From Macrostomum lignano (Eukaryota), in assembly GCA_002269645.1 (NCBI GenBank), contig NIVC01002111.1:1-64000 (forward strand): a stretch of DNA of 64,000 bases. Direction: 5' to 3'. Every line of letters starts with the position of its first letter. The first letter of the stretch is position 1. Position numbers and translations under genes: made by a program. Below, one piece after another: positions 1 to 38,000 of the stretch. The notes below the pieces were generated by a model. That model ran no database searches. It was not told the DNA's origin and was given only the letters and a program-made list of their open reading frames with translations.

Positions 1-142
1 ACCTTAACTTTTAACTTTTCAGAAGTTACATTTTTTGGCAAAAGTTAAATATTTAACTAGTTACAGTTAATTTTTTGGAGCAATTTAATTAACTTTTTAA
101 CTTTTAATGAGTTAAAAAAATTGATTAACCTGCCTAGCACTG
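1..142. mobile_element. Probable right end of a small DNA-transposon-derived MITE, truncated by the window edge
   Basis: AT-rich block with repeated TTAACT/AGTTAA motifs ending in TAACCTGCCTAGCACTG (reverse complement CAGTGCTAGGCAGG), which resembles CAGTG-type MITE termini. The other end is outside the window. Confidence 0.3.
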
Positions 143-1737
143 GCAATAATAAAGAACTTTTTTATATACTAAGACTTAAGTCTAAGTATTTTTATAAAAG
201 ATTAAGTAGAAAATTATCAAATAAGGATATCAGAATATACTAAAAATGAAAATAGGTATACTAATCCTAAAAATAAATACTATGATAGCTGATAGGCCAA
301 TAGATTATATATTAAAACTGTAATAAAGGTCAAATTAAAGGCTCATTTTAAATTTTTGTGCTATTATACAAAAATTAATTATTTGGCTTGATTTTAAGTC
401 GAAAAAACCTATTAAGAATATAGAAGGATAAGATAAAAATATATAATATATAAAAATATAAAATATATAATATAAGGGTAAGATAAATATCAAACAAAGT
501 TAATTCAATACAATATAGTCTATACCATAGCTAAACTCTATCTATGTCCAAAGTTAAATTAAAATCAATGGAGCTACTGCAATAGCTATCTGAAGCTCTT
601 ATTGTCTAATGCCTAGCTAATTATCGTCAAGTAGAAACTGTAGCTAGAGCTAGATTACTAATTAGGCCTATACTAGATAAAAATAGTAAGCTGTAAGAAA
701 AACGGAATAAAATCAAGTTATTAAAGTTAACAGCCACTTGATGGTAAAAATATGCAGTATTAGTAATTGCAGACACATTAGAGTTCTATTGAGATTAGTA
801 TTTTGTAATCCTTAAAGACATTACAAATGTCTTTACATTACAAAAAGCCAAGACAAAGTGGTGGCACGGCAGAAAAAAATTCTACGAAATTTAAAGTTTT
901 GTAACGAAGTTCTTGTAATTACTTTAACAAAGATGTATACTTTCAACATAAGAGCTACAATATTTCTGTATTGTATATTAAGCACAGTTGTAATTAAAGA
1001 AAAAACTTGTTTCCTAATTGTCTCACAAATGTTTATTTTTTGTATCCCTTAGCATAGAAACTGGATGATTTTAAAAGATATATTCATTTCTCATTTTTTA
1101 CAACTTGATTAACTATCGCCACTTACAATTTAATATGGCGGCATCAAAAACAAATTTGCAGGTAATTTTTACATCATGCAACAAATCCTTCTATGTCATA
1201 TTTTCGCTTGTTTTTAATTCGTTAAATCATCCCATGCAGTGGATGTTAATATTTTCGCATCCATATCTTTGTAAAAGCAATAAGTCTTGTAAAAATGCTA
1301 ATATCTAATCCCTGTTAAGCTTTAAACCGACAAAGATATCTGCTTTTTCGCAAGCTGAGTTTTTTTGTCGCTAAGGAGCCTTGCTGACTCTAAGTGAAAG
1401 TAGTTGATATTTTTTAGAACAAACATAAATTCAACATGCCATAATACATAACAGAAGTATAATTCTTTGTTATTGCTTGGCTCATATACACCATGATTAG
1501 TTTTTTATCCCTTTCATCTAATTACTTAGGAACCAATTAAACTGAATCACAATTAATTTTGTCTGGATCTGGATCTGGATACACGAAATATATTTGATAT
1601 TTAAAAGATACCATAATCATTTTTTATTTAATTGAAATTCGGACCAATATAGTTAGATTATTTCATTTAAATAATTAACCTAAAGAAAAAGAAATATTTT
1701 ATTAACGATTTTGTAAATTCAAAACTTTCCAATCAAG

Positions 1738-23921
<22,184 letters not shown>

Positions 23922-24546
23922 TTACAATACCCGGGCAGACTATAAACAAAACTCTTATCTGACTACTGCTGTGACTCAATTTCGATTAAGTAGTATAAAT
24001 AGCGCAAGGAGTTCTGCCGGATATTTTTGTGTGTACTTATATAAATGCTGTGTTTAAGAAGATTTAATTTATGATAGCGTATAATCCAAACAAAACCACG
24101 GTTCCTCTTTTACTATGACCAATAAACCACTATAAAAAACTATTATTATAATCTATCTTTTTTAAAGATTTAAATAAATTTCTGACACTATTTTAAAATT
24201 TTAAAATATCACCTTAAAAGAAGTTAAAAGAAGAAGAATGACTTCAGTCATTTAAGGTTAATAACGTTCGCATTATTGGCATAATGTATACACTTAAAGC
24301 AGCGCATCTTACTTATATGTTTATAGTTGTTTATTGTTTTTCAAATACTACAATATGAAATTACTGAGATTATTAATTTATTCATAATCGCAATTTCTGT
24401 ATAAACTGCAAACAGGTTAGACATTATAACCGTAACAGGAAAATAGTATAAAGTTATTAATTAAGAAAGTCAAAACAGACAATGTATGGCATGTTTATAA
24501 AAATGTTTACCTTAATTCAAAATCAACACGTAAATATTGTATATAC

Positions 24547-25946
24547 CAGGGTTTGGCAAAATTATTACTTAAAGGGCCAGACAGAGAGCCTAAAGCATGA
24601 CTGCCGGCCGGAACAGGGGAGAGAGGAAAGGGAATTGAGAAGAGAAGGGATATAGGGGAAGGGAGAGACGAGGGAATACAAGAGAAAAGAGGAGAGGAGA
24701 TAACATAGAGAGGAGAGAAGAGGAGAGGAGCGGAGAGGAGAGGAGCGGAGAGGAGAGGAGCGGAGAGGAGAGGAGCGGAGAAGAGACGAGAGGAGAGGAG
24801 AGAGGAGAGAGGAGAGGAGAGAGGAGAGAGGAGAGGAGAGAGGAGAGAGGAGAGGCAAGAGAGGCGAGAGAGAAGAGGAGAGGAGAGGAGAGGAGAGAGG
24901 AGAGAGGAGAGAGAAGAGAGGAGAAAAAAGGAGAGTAGAAGAGACGAGAGGAGAGGAGAGAGAGAGGAGAGGAGAGAGGAGAGAGGAGAGAGAAGAGAGG
25001 AGAAAAGAGGAGAGTAGAAGAGACGAGAGGAGAGGAGAGAGAGAGGAGAGGCAAGAGAGGCGAGAGAGAAGAGGAGAGGAGAGGAGAGGAGAGAGGAGAG
25101 AGGAGAGAGAAGAGAGGAGAAAAAAGGAGAGTAGAAGAGACGAGAGGAGAGGAGAGAGAGAGGAGAGGAGAGAGGAGAGAGGAGAGAGAAGAGAGGAGAA
25201 AAGAGGAGAGGAGAGGAGAGAGAGAGGAGAGGCAAGAGAGGCGAGAGAGAAGAGGAGAGGAGAGGAGAGGAGAGAGGAGAGAGGAGAGAGAAGAGAGGAG
25301 AAAAGAGGAGAGTAGAAGAGACGAGAGGAGAGGAGAGAGAGAGGAGAGGCAAGAGAGGCGAGAGAGAAGAGGAGAGGAGAGGAGAGGAGAGAGGAGAGAG
25401 GAGAGAGAAGAGAGGAGAAAAAAGGAGAGTAGAAGAGACGAGAGGAGAGGAGAGAGAGAGGAGAGGAGAGAGGAGAGAGGAGAGAGAAGAGAGGAGAAAA
25501 GAGGAGAGTAGAAGAGACGAGAGGAGAGGAGAGAGAGAGGAGAGGCAAGAGAGGCGAGAGAGAAGAGGAGAGGAGAGGAGAGGAGAGAGGAGAGAGGAGA
25601 GAGAAGAGAGGAGAAAAGAGGAGAGTAGAAGAGACGAGAGGAGAGGAGAGAGAGAGGAGAGGCAAGAGAGGCGAGAGAGAAGAGGAGAGGAGAGGAGAGG
25701 AGAGAGGAGAGAGGAGAGAGAAGAGAGGAGAAAAGAGGAGAGTAGAAGAGACGAGAGGAGAGGAGAGAGAGAGGAGAGGCAAGAGACGCGAGAGAGAAGA
25801 GGAGAGGAGAGGAGAGAAGATTAAAGAGAGCAACGCTGAGAAGAGATGTAAACGTACGTTTAGCGGTCCGGATTGCTACTGTGAAGTTTCAAATGACCCG
25901 AGGGCCGAATAGAGAAGCTTTGCGGGCCGGAGTTTGCCGACCCCTG
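24547..25946. mobile_element. hAT (Charlie-like) MITE expanded by an internal GA-rich microsatellite
   Basis: Left end CAGGGTTTGGCAAA...AAAGGGCCAGA, right end GCGGGCCGGAGTTTGCCGACCCCTG (reverse complement CAGGGGTCGGCAAAC). Flanks GTATATAC / GTATATAA match 7 of 8, consistent with an 8-bp hAT TSD. Interior 24615-25850 is (GAGAG)n-like. Confidence 0.72.
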
Positions 25947-25955
25947 GTATATAAT

Positions 25956-25956
<1 letters not shown>

Positions 25957-26007
<51 letters not shown>

Positions 26008-26010
26008 TTG
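25957..26010. repeat. (AAT)n microsatellite
   Basis: Perfect trinucleotide run. Confidence 0.95.
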
Positions 26011-26239
26011 AAAATTTTTGCCGAGGAATAAAAATAGAAACCTTGATGACATCTGCGAAGCGGCACAATAGCGAGATGGATTTATTGAATTTTGCCATAA
26101 AATAAAAAACACACTTTACACTTAGAAATAGATTATCAAATACCCACGTATTGACCACAATGGTCTTGTGGTGGAAACTTCAAAATGTTTTCTATAGGTA
26201 TTTAATAGAAACAGAACAAAGCATATACTACTCACTCAG

Positions 26240-27667
<1,428 letters not shown>

Positions 27668-30600
27668 TTACTGAAAATATGAGTAACAGTTATATAGCAC
27701 CCACAAATGCAAATAAATATTAGTGCTTTATATATTTTACACAATTATTGAATTCAAAACTATTCAATAAGTAAAATTTAGCATGTTAATGACCCTTGAT
27801 TATAATTAAACCTTGAACTTTTTATTTACAGAAAATATAAGAAACCTTAGATAAGTCACAGACACTTATGTATCTTCAATTAGACCTACAGATTGTTTTA
27901 AATTTTTACCAACTGTATATTACCAGTATATGCTATATTCTAAAAATAGGTTTTTAGCCCTAATAGGACAATAATAAGCCTTAGTCTATCTATTCAGTTG
28001 CCTAGGAAAATAGCCTTATTTTTAACACATTTAAAAAAATTAAAATATAACAAAATCATTATAGGGTTACTTTATTGGCATAGTAAAAAGTTCATTTACT
28101 TTATTTGATAAGCAACCTTTATACAAGCCATAAAATATCCATGTATATTGTTCAGAATAATATCTTTAGACAATTTTCTAATCTATTCTACAAATTGAAG
28201 GATGTAATACATATAGCCCTAGGTATAATAACCCTTATTTTATGTATTTTATATTTTACATAATTTACATATTTTACAACAAATTTACAAAATTTTTAGA
28301 ATTCATGCAGACTCAATATGCTATGCCAGTTTTATGCTAATAAAGATTCTATTCTGATTCATTATGCACCAAAGTTGTGACAGCACTGCATATGTCAGGG
28401 ACCTTATGTGCTAGGGACCTTAGTGTGCGCCATGATTGTCCAGGATAGAATTCTTGCACGAAAATTGCAACGCATTTTTGCGTTTGGGAAAAAAATTGCA
28501 TACCTGTACAGGCTGCAAAAAATGTGACAAAAATTGCAAATTATTTTGTGACCGTTTGCACAGTTTAAATTACTGATTTTACAGTATTAAATGTTGAATT
28601 ACTACAAAAACATTACAACGTAACATTTTAGGGCATTTCCGCCAATTAGGCACTATCGGAAAATTACACTTCAACAAACAGAAAATGATGAATTGTAGCT
28701 TAAGCCAGCTAATTGAAGTCAAACAAGGACTTAAACTGAAAAATACAACCACTTTTGCTCAATTTAAAGCTATTTAAAGATTGTTAATCGCAAAATTAAT
28801 GTTGAATAAACCATTTTAAACTTACGTAGACGCCACTTTTTTGGATGTCCAAACACACAATTTTTAACTTCAACATTGAATAAAAGAGCGAAAAAAACAT
28901 TCTTGATAGTAATTCTCTTTGTTTCATGAAAAAAACACATTAAACTTTGTTAAAATCATTCCTTTTCGTCACAAAACCTGCAAGAAGTCATTGATTTTTG
29001 TCAGTTTTCTTGCTATACCAAAAAGTATAAACGGTAAGTTTTTGCATCATTTGTACTCATGTTGTACCCTCTCATTTACTCATAAGGCTTTCAATCTACA
29101 CGTTTTTTAGCTTAAATGAAGGAAAACATCTTTGCGATGATGTATCAGTATATTTTTTAGCAATAGAATTTGCTTAATACATTTTTCTAAGACATTAATT
29201 TTTTTTCGATGTGACATCTTAACCACAAGATTGTACTCATGTTGTACCCAATAATTTTTTTAGTGCTTTTCATTAGCTGAGAACGATATATTTATGGATT
29301 GCCGACATACAGAGCTTCACAAAAAGTGGTCTGCTGAACCTTAATCTGTCAAAATACCTTAAATATTAACATTTAAATGTAGTAAGCACACTACTTACAC
29401 GAGATGTATTTTCATGTTGTACCCTTTATTTTATTTTTCGCTAGTTTTTTTTCTCAAAATCAGTCTTACAAGACTATCATTAAGTATAAAAGCTGGAAAA
29501 TAAAACAGTTTCACATTAATTTCTTGTTTATTTATCAATAAAAATGTAATTTACATTTTGCACTATAGTATGTAGATATTAATTTACATAGTACTAAATC
29601 AATTTTCCCCACATTTACTTGTAATATTGCTTCAGAAAAACTTTCTCTAGATTGTGGAAGCATATGCATTTCTTGCTGCTTGCAAAGTTGCACTGGAACT
29701 TCTGAATAATTACGGTGATCGGCAAGTTACTGAAAAGTAAAATTAGAGATTTACGTTCGGTATATCGCGCAGAAAAAAACATTTTGACAAAGTTAAAAAA
29801 TATCGTATGAACTTATGCGCAAAAATAACAAAATCTGAATTAAAAAGTTGATTAAAAGCATTAAGAAACAATTAAAAAATTATTGACTGAAAGAAAGTTA
29901 ATTATAAGCAAGCAATTACGCCTCAATATAAAATTTTATGCTCCTACGGTATTAATCGTCTTCTTAAATCAGTATAACTTTTATCGGCAACTTTTATTGT
30001 TACCAGAAAATTTCTTGTGCTTCTACAAGATAAAAAAATAAATTTAATAACAAATTCTAGTTAGATTTCCTGTTTTCAACATTTTTCTTCTTCTTTGCAC
30101 ACTCGGACACAATTTGTGTCCCTATTTGGCGGAAATGCCCTTTATAGTTTGTTTTTTACAAACTATTCAAATTTAAATTTTTTTACTTTAAAAAACAAAG
30201 ATAATCAGTTTTCTATTTATTGTAACGAGTCGTCTGAAAATGAGAGTATAAGACTATCGCAAAACATTATTTTGACAATTAGTAATGCCAAAAATTGTGC
30301 CACTAAATTTTGTTTAAGATTGTAAAAATTGCGTTTGGTTCAATATGGAATTGCGCACCGAAAAATAGTCGCAATTTTCCATTTTATATGCCAGATGCAA
30401 GAATTCCATGCTGGATGATTGTATACCACATACACCAGGGACCTCAGTGTGCACCATGATTGTGCGCCAAGTGTGCCAAGGACCCCTTGTGTGCACTGGA
30501 ATTTTTCATGGCAAAGGCCACCTTCTTGACTATGGTACACACAAAGGAATTCTCTAGCACATATGGCATATATAGCACATAGCAGGCTATACTTGTCACA

Positions 30601-32273
30601 GACATAGTCTATATAGTAAAATCTTAGTTCACATATAAAGTATGACATATAAATGTGTACTTGCTCCTTTTTCAAATATTCAATTCAATTTAAATAGCAC
30701 AAATAGCATATAGGCTATATAAGGCCTATTTTCAAATATACAAATAATACATATTGCATTGAAAATTTTAAATATTACAACAATCATTATCTTATTAATC
30801 TTAAACTTAAAGAAAAAATTTAAATATATATTAAATTTAAAATTGTATTAATCTTATAAATTTCAACTAATTCATAATTTTTTAGAATTGTGACTATTAT
30901 TTTGCTTTCATTTATGACTGATTCATTTTGCAAAACCTAAAACCTTTAAGTAAGATTATGCTGCCATATCATATATAGCTAGACCTACTAAGCCTAATAG
31001 TAATACAAGTTGCACATTACTTTTTTCTTGGCCCAGATGCACTTACAGCGGCTACAGCACTTTTTTACTTGACGCAAGGCGCACAGTTAAAAAAATGACT
31101 GGGGATTTGTTGTGGCGCACATGGTGCACCTTCCTGACCATGGGGCCCAGCCCAGGTCTAGAACTTAGAATTAGAACTGACTAAGTTCAAGTTCTAAAAA
31201 ATAAAAGAATAAACCACTCGACGGCCATTCATTAGTGGCCACAAAATGAGGTGTAGCTATAAGAACGCACGCCGTTCTGCTCAAAAAGTCAGCTTCCCAA
31301 GACCAAGATTAAAATATAAACATATTTTTTGTAAACAACTTGTAGATGAAACGTTGTATGACTTAAAACTCAGTTTCACTGAATTCTTTATGTATAGTAG
31401 GTTTAGAACGAATAACATACATAACAAAGATTCTTTTGTTCACGTTCACTTACTTACATAAGAACTAATTTTCTAGCGGAATTGATGTGACGTACGCGAC
31501 GTCCGACGTGTAAAGTATCTTCTAGGAAGATTGTGTATTTAAAATGTTTAACCTAACAGTAAAACAACAAAACTTAATGCAAAAAATATAAATGTATTAA
31601 AAATTGCAAAAAGTAAACTATTGAACTACAGTATTCAAGTTGTAATAAATTATTTTGAGTTGTAATTAAATTATTTTGCATCTTATGATTAGCTTAATTT
31701 TAAGAAAGGTATTTTCTGCGAAGTCGGAACAAATGAGTAAGTTCAGTTGATTTAAGTAATAAGTAGCTAGTTCAAGTTTAGTTTTCATTATCTTATTTGA
31801 TACGTACGAGATTGTGATACAGTATATCTGTTCCTTGCCTTTCATTTGCCTATCAAACGGCTTTGTGTTTTATTTAGATTTTGCTGGAATTCTATCAGGT
31901 AGCGGAGTCTGCAGCTGCCCAGTACTTTTTGTCTTTGGTTGGGTTACTGACGGGCGAGATTATATCGCTATACTACTAACATCTGTATGTACTAAAGACT
32001 TTCCGTGTCATTTTGCGTTTTGCCTGATAGCAGTGATGCCCAGAAGTGCGAGTTATTTTGTTGGATAAGTTAGAAGTTTTGTACAATTGTTTTGGTTATT
32101 ATAGTACAATTTTATTAGACAATTTTAATTCAAATAAGATCGACATTGTCATTGATTGTAGGGGCCAATGACAATGTCATTGACTGTGATATGGCAATAT
32201 GCAAATTTTGATATACTTGTTAACTTGTATAATGTCATTGATGACAATGGCAAAAAACCAACAATTTGCAATT

Positions 32274-32877
32274 GGCAGTGCTTATCCCCACGGTACCATA
32301 GGAATAATTTCTGTCTTATTCCAATGGTACCATGGGAATAATTTTCTGCTTATCTGCATAGCACACTGACGAGATAGCTGCCCTATCTTCTACATATGCC
32401 GTGGGCATAATTTAGTACTTAGTTTAGTACTTACGGTTTAAATGCAGTTTAACAACATAACTTTGCTTGGTCATTATTTTTATAGAAGTAAAAATTAATT
32501 GGCCTTTTTATGCAAAAAACACATTTATGACATATGATTTAAGGTAAATTGCTCTAGTAATTGTTTATAATTTGAATTTTTAGCAAAGTAATACATGCAG
32601 TGAGATCCCCGATTAAAGTCCATCACTGCTTTTGTAGACTTCTACTAGACATGTAAATTTGCAATTTGTTTATATAGATTATTGCATTGCTTCAACAATC
32701 CGCCCTATCTCGTCAGTGTGCCATGTGGATAAGCAGAAAATTATTCCCATGGCATATGTAGAAGATGGGGCAGCTATCTCGTCAGTGTGCCATGCGGATA
32801 AGCAGAAAATTATTCCCACGGTACCATTGGAATAAGAAAGAAATTATTCCTACGATACCATATAGATAAGCACTGCC
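32274..32877. mobile_element. Mutator-like (MULE) MITE, 604 bp
   Basis: Long (~135 bp) terminal inverted repeats starting GGCAGTGCTTATC and ending GATAAGCACTGCC. Exact 9-bp TSD TTTGCAATT at 32265-32273 and 32878-32886. Confidence 0.85.
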
Positions 32878-35023
32878 TTTGCAATTTGACAAGGTTTTAA
32901 ACTACTTACATCTTAAGTAAAATAATAAGAGTTGTCTAAACATATTCATTTTTGCAGTTGTTAATTTGACTTGAGAGTTTTTTATAGTAAGTTAGGCCTT
33001 ATATACCAGGATCATGTAGCATAGCATTGTATGCTAGAGCAAAAATTGTTTCCCTAGCTCATGTATGCCTATGTACTCTGCTAATAGACTTATTATGTAC
33101 AAACATATCCTACCAAAACAAGAATTAAAAAATATAACATATTTAGATTTGGTTGCATAAGATAAAGCTTGAACTCTATGCTGACACATTTACTCCTTTC
33201 ATACCTTCCTCTTTTCAGACTAATGACTCAATCCTAGATTCTAAATCAGTAGGATATAAAACCTATATCTCTTCATTATTATAGTTTTCCATAGCACTCA
33301 TACTTTCTTTAATATTCACTGTTTAGCTTCATACTAGGCCCTATCTTCCTTAGTATTTACACCTTCTATAGTCATAGATTCACTGGCTTTCATGCCTTTT
33401 TTCTTGGCACTTACACTATCTCTAGTTGTTTTGATAACTTCTACCAGTCTTTTTGATAAACTGTCTATTAGGCCTAGTGAGCTTTGTGCCATTTCTATGT
33501 TCAATATTTAAACTGGAATTCATTAAGGCTCATCACCCAACCCAACAACCTGAAACTTGAAAAGCAGCATATACTATAGTGAAAATCCTAGTTTTTTTTT
33601 AATCTGCACCAATGTAAAGTTAATAAAAAATATATTTGAAATAAAATTGCTTATAGGCCAACTTTTTATATAGTATATTCTTTCAAAAAGAGTTTTGATA
33701 AACCTTAAAGTGTCTATTTTTGAGAGCTGTTATTTATTTTTTTCCTTCTAAGTTCTATTATTATTTTCTATTTTAGTTTTCTTTTATTTTTAAAGAGCTT
33801 TCTTTGTTTAATATTTAGTTACACGATATACACTAAGCCTAAACTTGGCTATTTTTCTATGCCATAATATAGTCTTGGTATATAGACCTAAAAAGTCTAT
33901 ATACCAAGATTGTTAGTAAAAAAGGGCAAAAATATGCTAGACTTTTTCAACATAAAGGCTAGGCCCTATCTTCTAGATTATATATTTTAGCCAATATCAA
34001 CTATACTAAGAACTTTCCTTTTTGACTAGACACCTACCCATTCTTTCCCTTGCATGTATATAGGGGCTGCAACCCCTCTCTTGCATGTGCTCCTATACTT
34101 TCTACCTATAGTCAGAAAGATGGCCTTTGCCAGAGAAAATTCTAGTCTACACAAGGGGTCCAAGATGCACTTAGTACACAATCATACTCTGTATATAATC
34201 ACAATGCATACAAGAGGTCCTTGGTGCATTTGGCGCAAAACATCTTTAATATATGTATTGCACAATTTTTTGGCATAATTGATATAAAGCATATAATTAT
34301 TTCTTATTCTAACTTGCATATCCAAATGTATAATTTTTATATGTTTATAGATTACATTGAGACATTTTAGTGAATGGATGTTTCATTATCAATAAAAAGT
34401 GGTTTTTCAGTAAAGGGCTCATTGAAAAAATAATAAAGGAAATAAAATTGTACTAGTAAATTATTAGAAAAAACAATTAAATTTAAATATTGTGCAAAGC
34501 TAACAATTAAACAAAGCCAAAAAGTATTGAAATTTCAAAAAGTGTAAGCTATGGAACTCTGTAGAGTATAACACTTTATGCAATTTTTTGCTATGGAGCT
34601 CTATTTTTGTTTTAAATTTTTTGTTTGTCTTATTTTTCATCTTTAATCTAAACCCAATAATTAACCAAGGTGTCTAGTTTTTTATGGTTTTTAACCAGTT
34701 TATCATTTTACAGTTTAGAACATAATAAACAATGCATAGATGGTACATAAAAAATGTTTTGATTCACACTGTGCCACCTTCCTTACTATGGCTTTCTACA
34801 TTTGTAAACATTAGCATTTGTAATTTTGAAGAGGATTAGACCATCCAATATACTAAAATTTCAATGTTTTTATTTAATTTATATACAGTTTGATATCTAG
34901 ATGCCTGTTTATATTGTGTTTAATATAGGTTTTTGAATAAATGTAATATATTATTAATATCAGATTATAGGCCAATCGATACAAAATGTGCACAAATTAA
35001 TTTGTCCACCACCTTCAGCACTC

Positions 35024-38000
35024 ATGTCTGAAACAGACAATCTGTGTGACCGCTTAAAGAGCCTTGTTTTGCATGGCAACAATTCGAACAATGCTGATGA
35101 GGCAATTGTTTTGTACAAGTGAGTCTCTGCAAGATATTCAGTACTTGTGTTGCCATGCATATCGCCATTATTTAAATTAGTTTCAATACTGTTATAATCG
35201 ATATTTACTCAATTTAACAGACAGCTAGTCGAAATGGATAGGTCCCAGGTTCGAACCTGCCTGGATAGAATCGATTTATTCGATTTGGCTCATTGCGTTG
35301 AGGCTTGTCTGTTGAATTCTACATCAGCTGATTTGTCAAAGTCGACACTGGTGGACACGCTGCGTGACATTGGCAGCCTGCTGTTGACCAGTAGGCCGCC
35401 GCTCGACCCCAAAGGTGGCTCCTTGTCGGCCAAACGGCAGGCGGAGTTCCTGCGCGCTCTAGACGGCTGCAAAAGCATCGAGGCTCGGGTGTTTTGCGTG
35501 CACCGACTGACTGAAGCTGCCGAGAAGACTGCTCAGGTGTGGAGTCTGGGTTATGCGATTGTGGTTTAGATTTAGTTTAGAATAATAATCACAGATGTGG
35601 GATGATGTGGGATCTCAACACTCCAGGCTGTGGGATCTCAGCATTCTAGGATGTGGGATCTTAACACTCTAGCATGTGGGATCTCAACACTCCAGAGTGT
35701 GGGATCACAACACTCCAGGATGTGGGATCCCAACACTCCAGGATGTGGTATCTCAACACTCAACACTAGGATGTGGGATCTCAACACTCCAGTATGGGGG
35801 ATCTCAACACTAGGATGTGGGATTTCAACACTCCAGGATGTGGGATCTCAACACTCCAGGATGTGGGATCTCAACACTCCAGGATGTGGGATCTCAACAC
35901 TCCAGGATGTGGGATCTCAACTCTCCAGGATGTGGCATCTCAACGCTCCAGGATGTGGGATCTCAACGCTCCACGATGTTGGATCTCAACACTAGGATGT
36001 GGGATCTCAACACTCCAGGATGTGGGATCTCAACACTCCATGATGTTGGATCTCAACACTAGGATGTGGGATCTCAACACTCCAGGATGTGGGATCTCAA
36101 CGCTCCATGATGTTGGATCTCAACACTAGGATGTGGGATCTCAGAACTCCAGTATGGGGGATCTCAACACTAGGATGTGGGATCTCAACACTCCAGGATG
36201 TGGGATCTCAACACTCCAGGATGTGGGATCTCAACACTCCAGGATGTGGGATCTCAACACTCCAGGATGTGGGATCTTAACACTCCAGGATGTGGGATCT
36301 CAACACTCGGATGTGGGATCTCAACACTCCAGTATGGGGGATCTCAACACTCCAGGATGTTGGATCTCAACACTAGGATGTGGGATCTCAACACTCCATG
36401 ATGTTGGATCTCAACACTAGGATGTGGGATCTCAAAACTCCAGTATGGGGGACCTCAACACTAGGATGTGGGATCTCAACACTCCAGGATGTGGGATCTC
36501 AACACTCCAGGATGTGGGATCTCAACACTCCAGGATGTGGGATCTCAACACTAGGATGTGGGATCTCAACACTCCAGGATGTGGGATCTCAACACTCCAG
36601 GATGTGGGATCTCAACACTCCATGATGTGGGATCTCAACACTCCATGATGTTGGATTTCAACACTAGGATGTGAGATCTCAAAACTCCAGTATGGGGGAT
36701 CTCAACACTAGGATGTGGGATCTCAACACTCCAGGATGTGGGATCTCAACACTCCATGATGTGGGATCTCAACACTAGGATGTGGGATCTCAACACTCCA
36801 GGATGTGGGATCTCAACACTCCAGGATGTGGGATCTCAACACTCCAGGATGTGGGATCTCAACACTCCATGATGTGGGATCTCAACACTCCATGATGTTG
36901 AATTTCAACACTAGGATGTGAGATCTCAAAACTCCAGTATGGGGGATCTCAACACTAGGATGTGGGATCTCAACACTCCAGGATGTGGGATCTCAACACT
37001 CCAGGATGTGGGATCTCAACTCTCCAGGATGTGGCATCTCAACGCTCCAGGATGTGGGATCTCAACACTCCAGGATGTGGGATCTCAACACTAGGATGTG
37101 GGATCTCAACACTCCAGGATGTGGGATCTCAACACTTCAGGATGTGGGATCTCAACGCTCCATGATGTTGGATCTCAACACTAGGATATGGGATCTCAAA
37201 ACTCCAGTATGGGGGATCTCAACACTAGGATGTGGGATCTCAACACTCCAGGATGTGGGATCTCAACGCTCCAGGGTGTGGGATCTCAACACTCCAGGAT
37301 GTGGGATCTCAACGCTCCAGGGTGTGGGATCTCAACACTAGGATGTGGGAGCTCAACACTCCAGTATGGGGGATCTCATCACTCCAGGATGTGGGATCTC
37401 AACACTCCAGGATGTGGGATCTCAACATTCCATGATGTTGGATCTCAACACTAGGATGTGGGATCTCAAAACTCCAGTATGGGGGATCTCAACACTAGGA
37501 TGTGGGATCTCAGCACTCCAGGATGTGGGATCTCAACAAAGCATCTATTATATCGGTTTTCATTAATCCAATGATTTCAGTCGGATTCAGATTCCGAAAT
37601 AGCCTGGAATCACGGCCTACTCCGCTGCCTCGCCAATCTGCTCGGCGAAGGCGAAGGCGACGATGATGAAGGAGTTTCATTAGCCGTGTCTGCGTCAAAA
37701 TTTTGGCTGGCCGCAGCCTCCGGCGGCCGCAGCAACGGGCTGGATTGTCGGCTGCTGTCCGGCGACCTGTCCAACGTATTCGCCGATCGGGTGTGCCGCC
37801 GCGAGAGCCCGGTTGTTCGAATGCGCGGCTTGGAATTGGCGGCCAGATTGGCGGTTAGAAATCCGGCCGCGTTGGTTGCTATGGAAACGGCTGGCCTATT
37901 GGGACGATTAGTTGAAGACGCTGTTGGAACGGAGGGCGGATCTGGGATCGGCTCTGATCCTCTGCTGGCGGTTAATTGTCTAGAGGTGCTGGGGCTGCTG

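Noticed and set aside
1135-1161. ATGGCGGCATCAAAAACAAATTTGCAG|GTAAT as CFAP43 exon 1
   Set aside because: It ends in phase 0, whereas exon 1738 needs a phase-2 partner. The true first exon is unresolved and may lie outside the window or need a further micro-exon.
24507-25833. Leu/Ser-rich ORFs of up to 422 aa
   Set aside because: GA-rich microsatellite inside a hAT MITE.
35630-37566. Many GSQHSRMWDLNTP ORFs
   Set aside because: 23-bp minisatellite in a PSMD5 intron.
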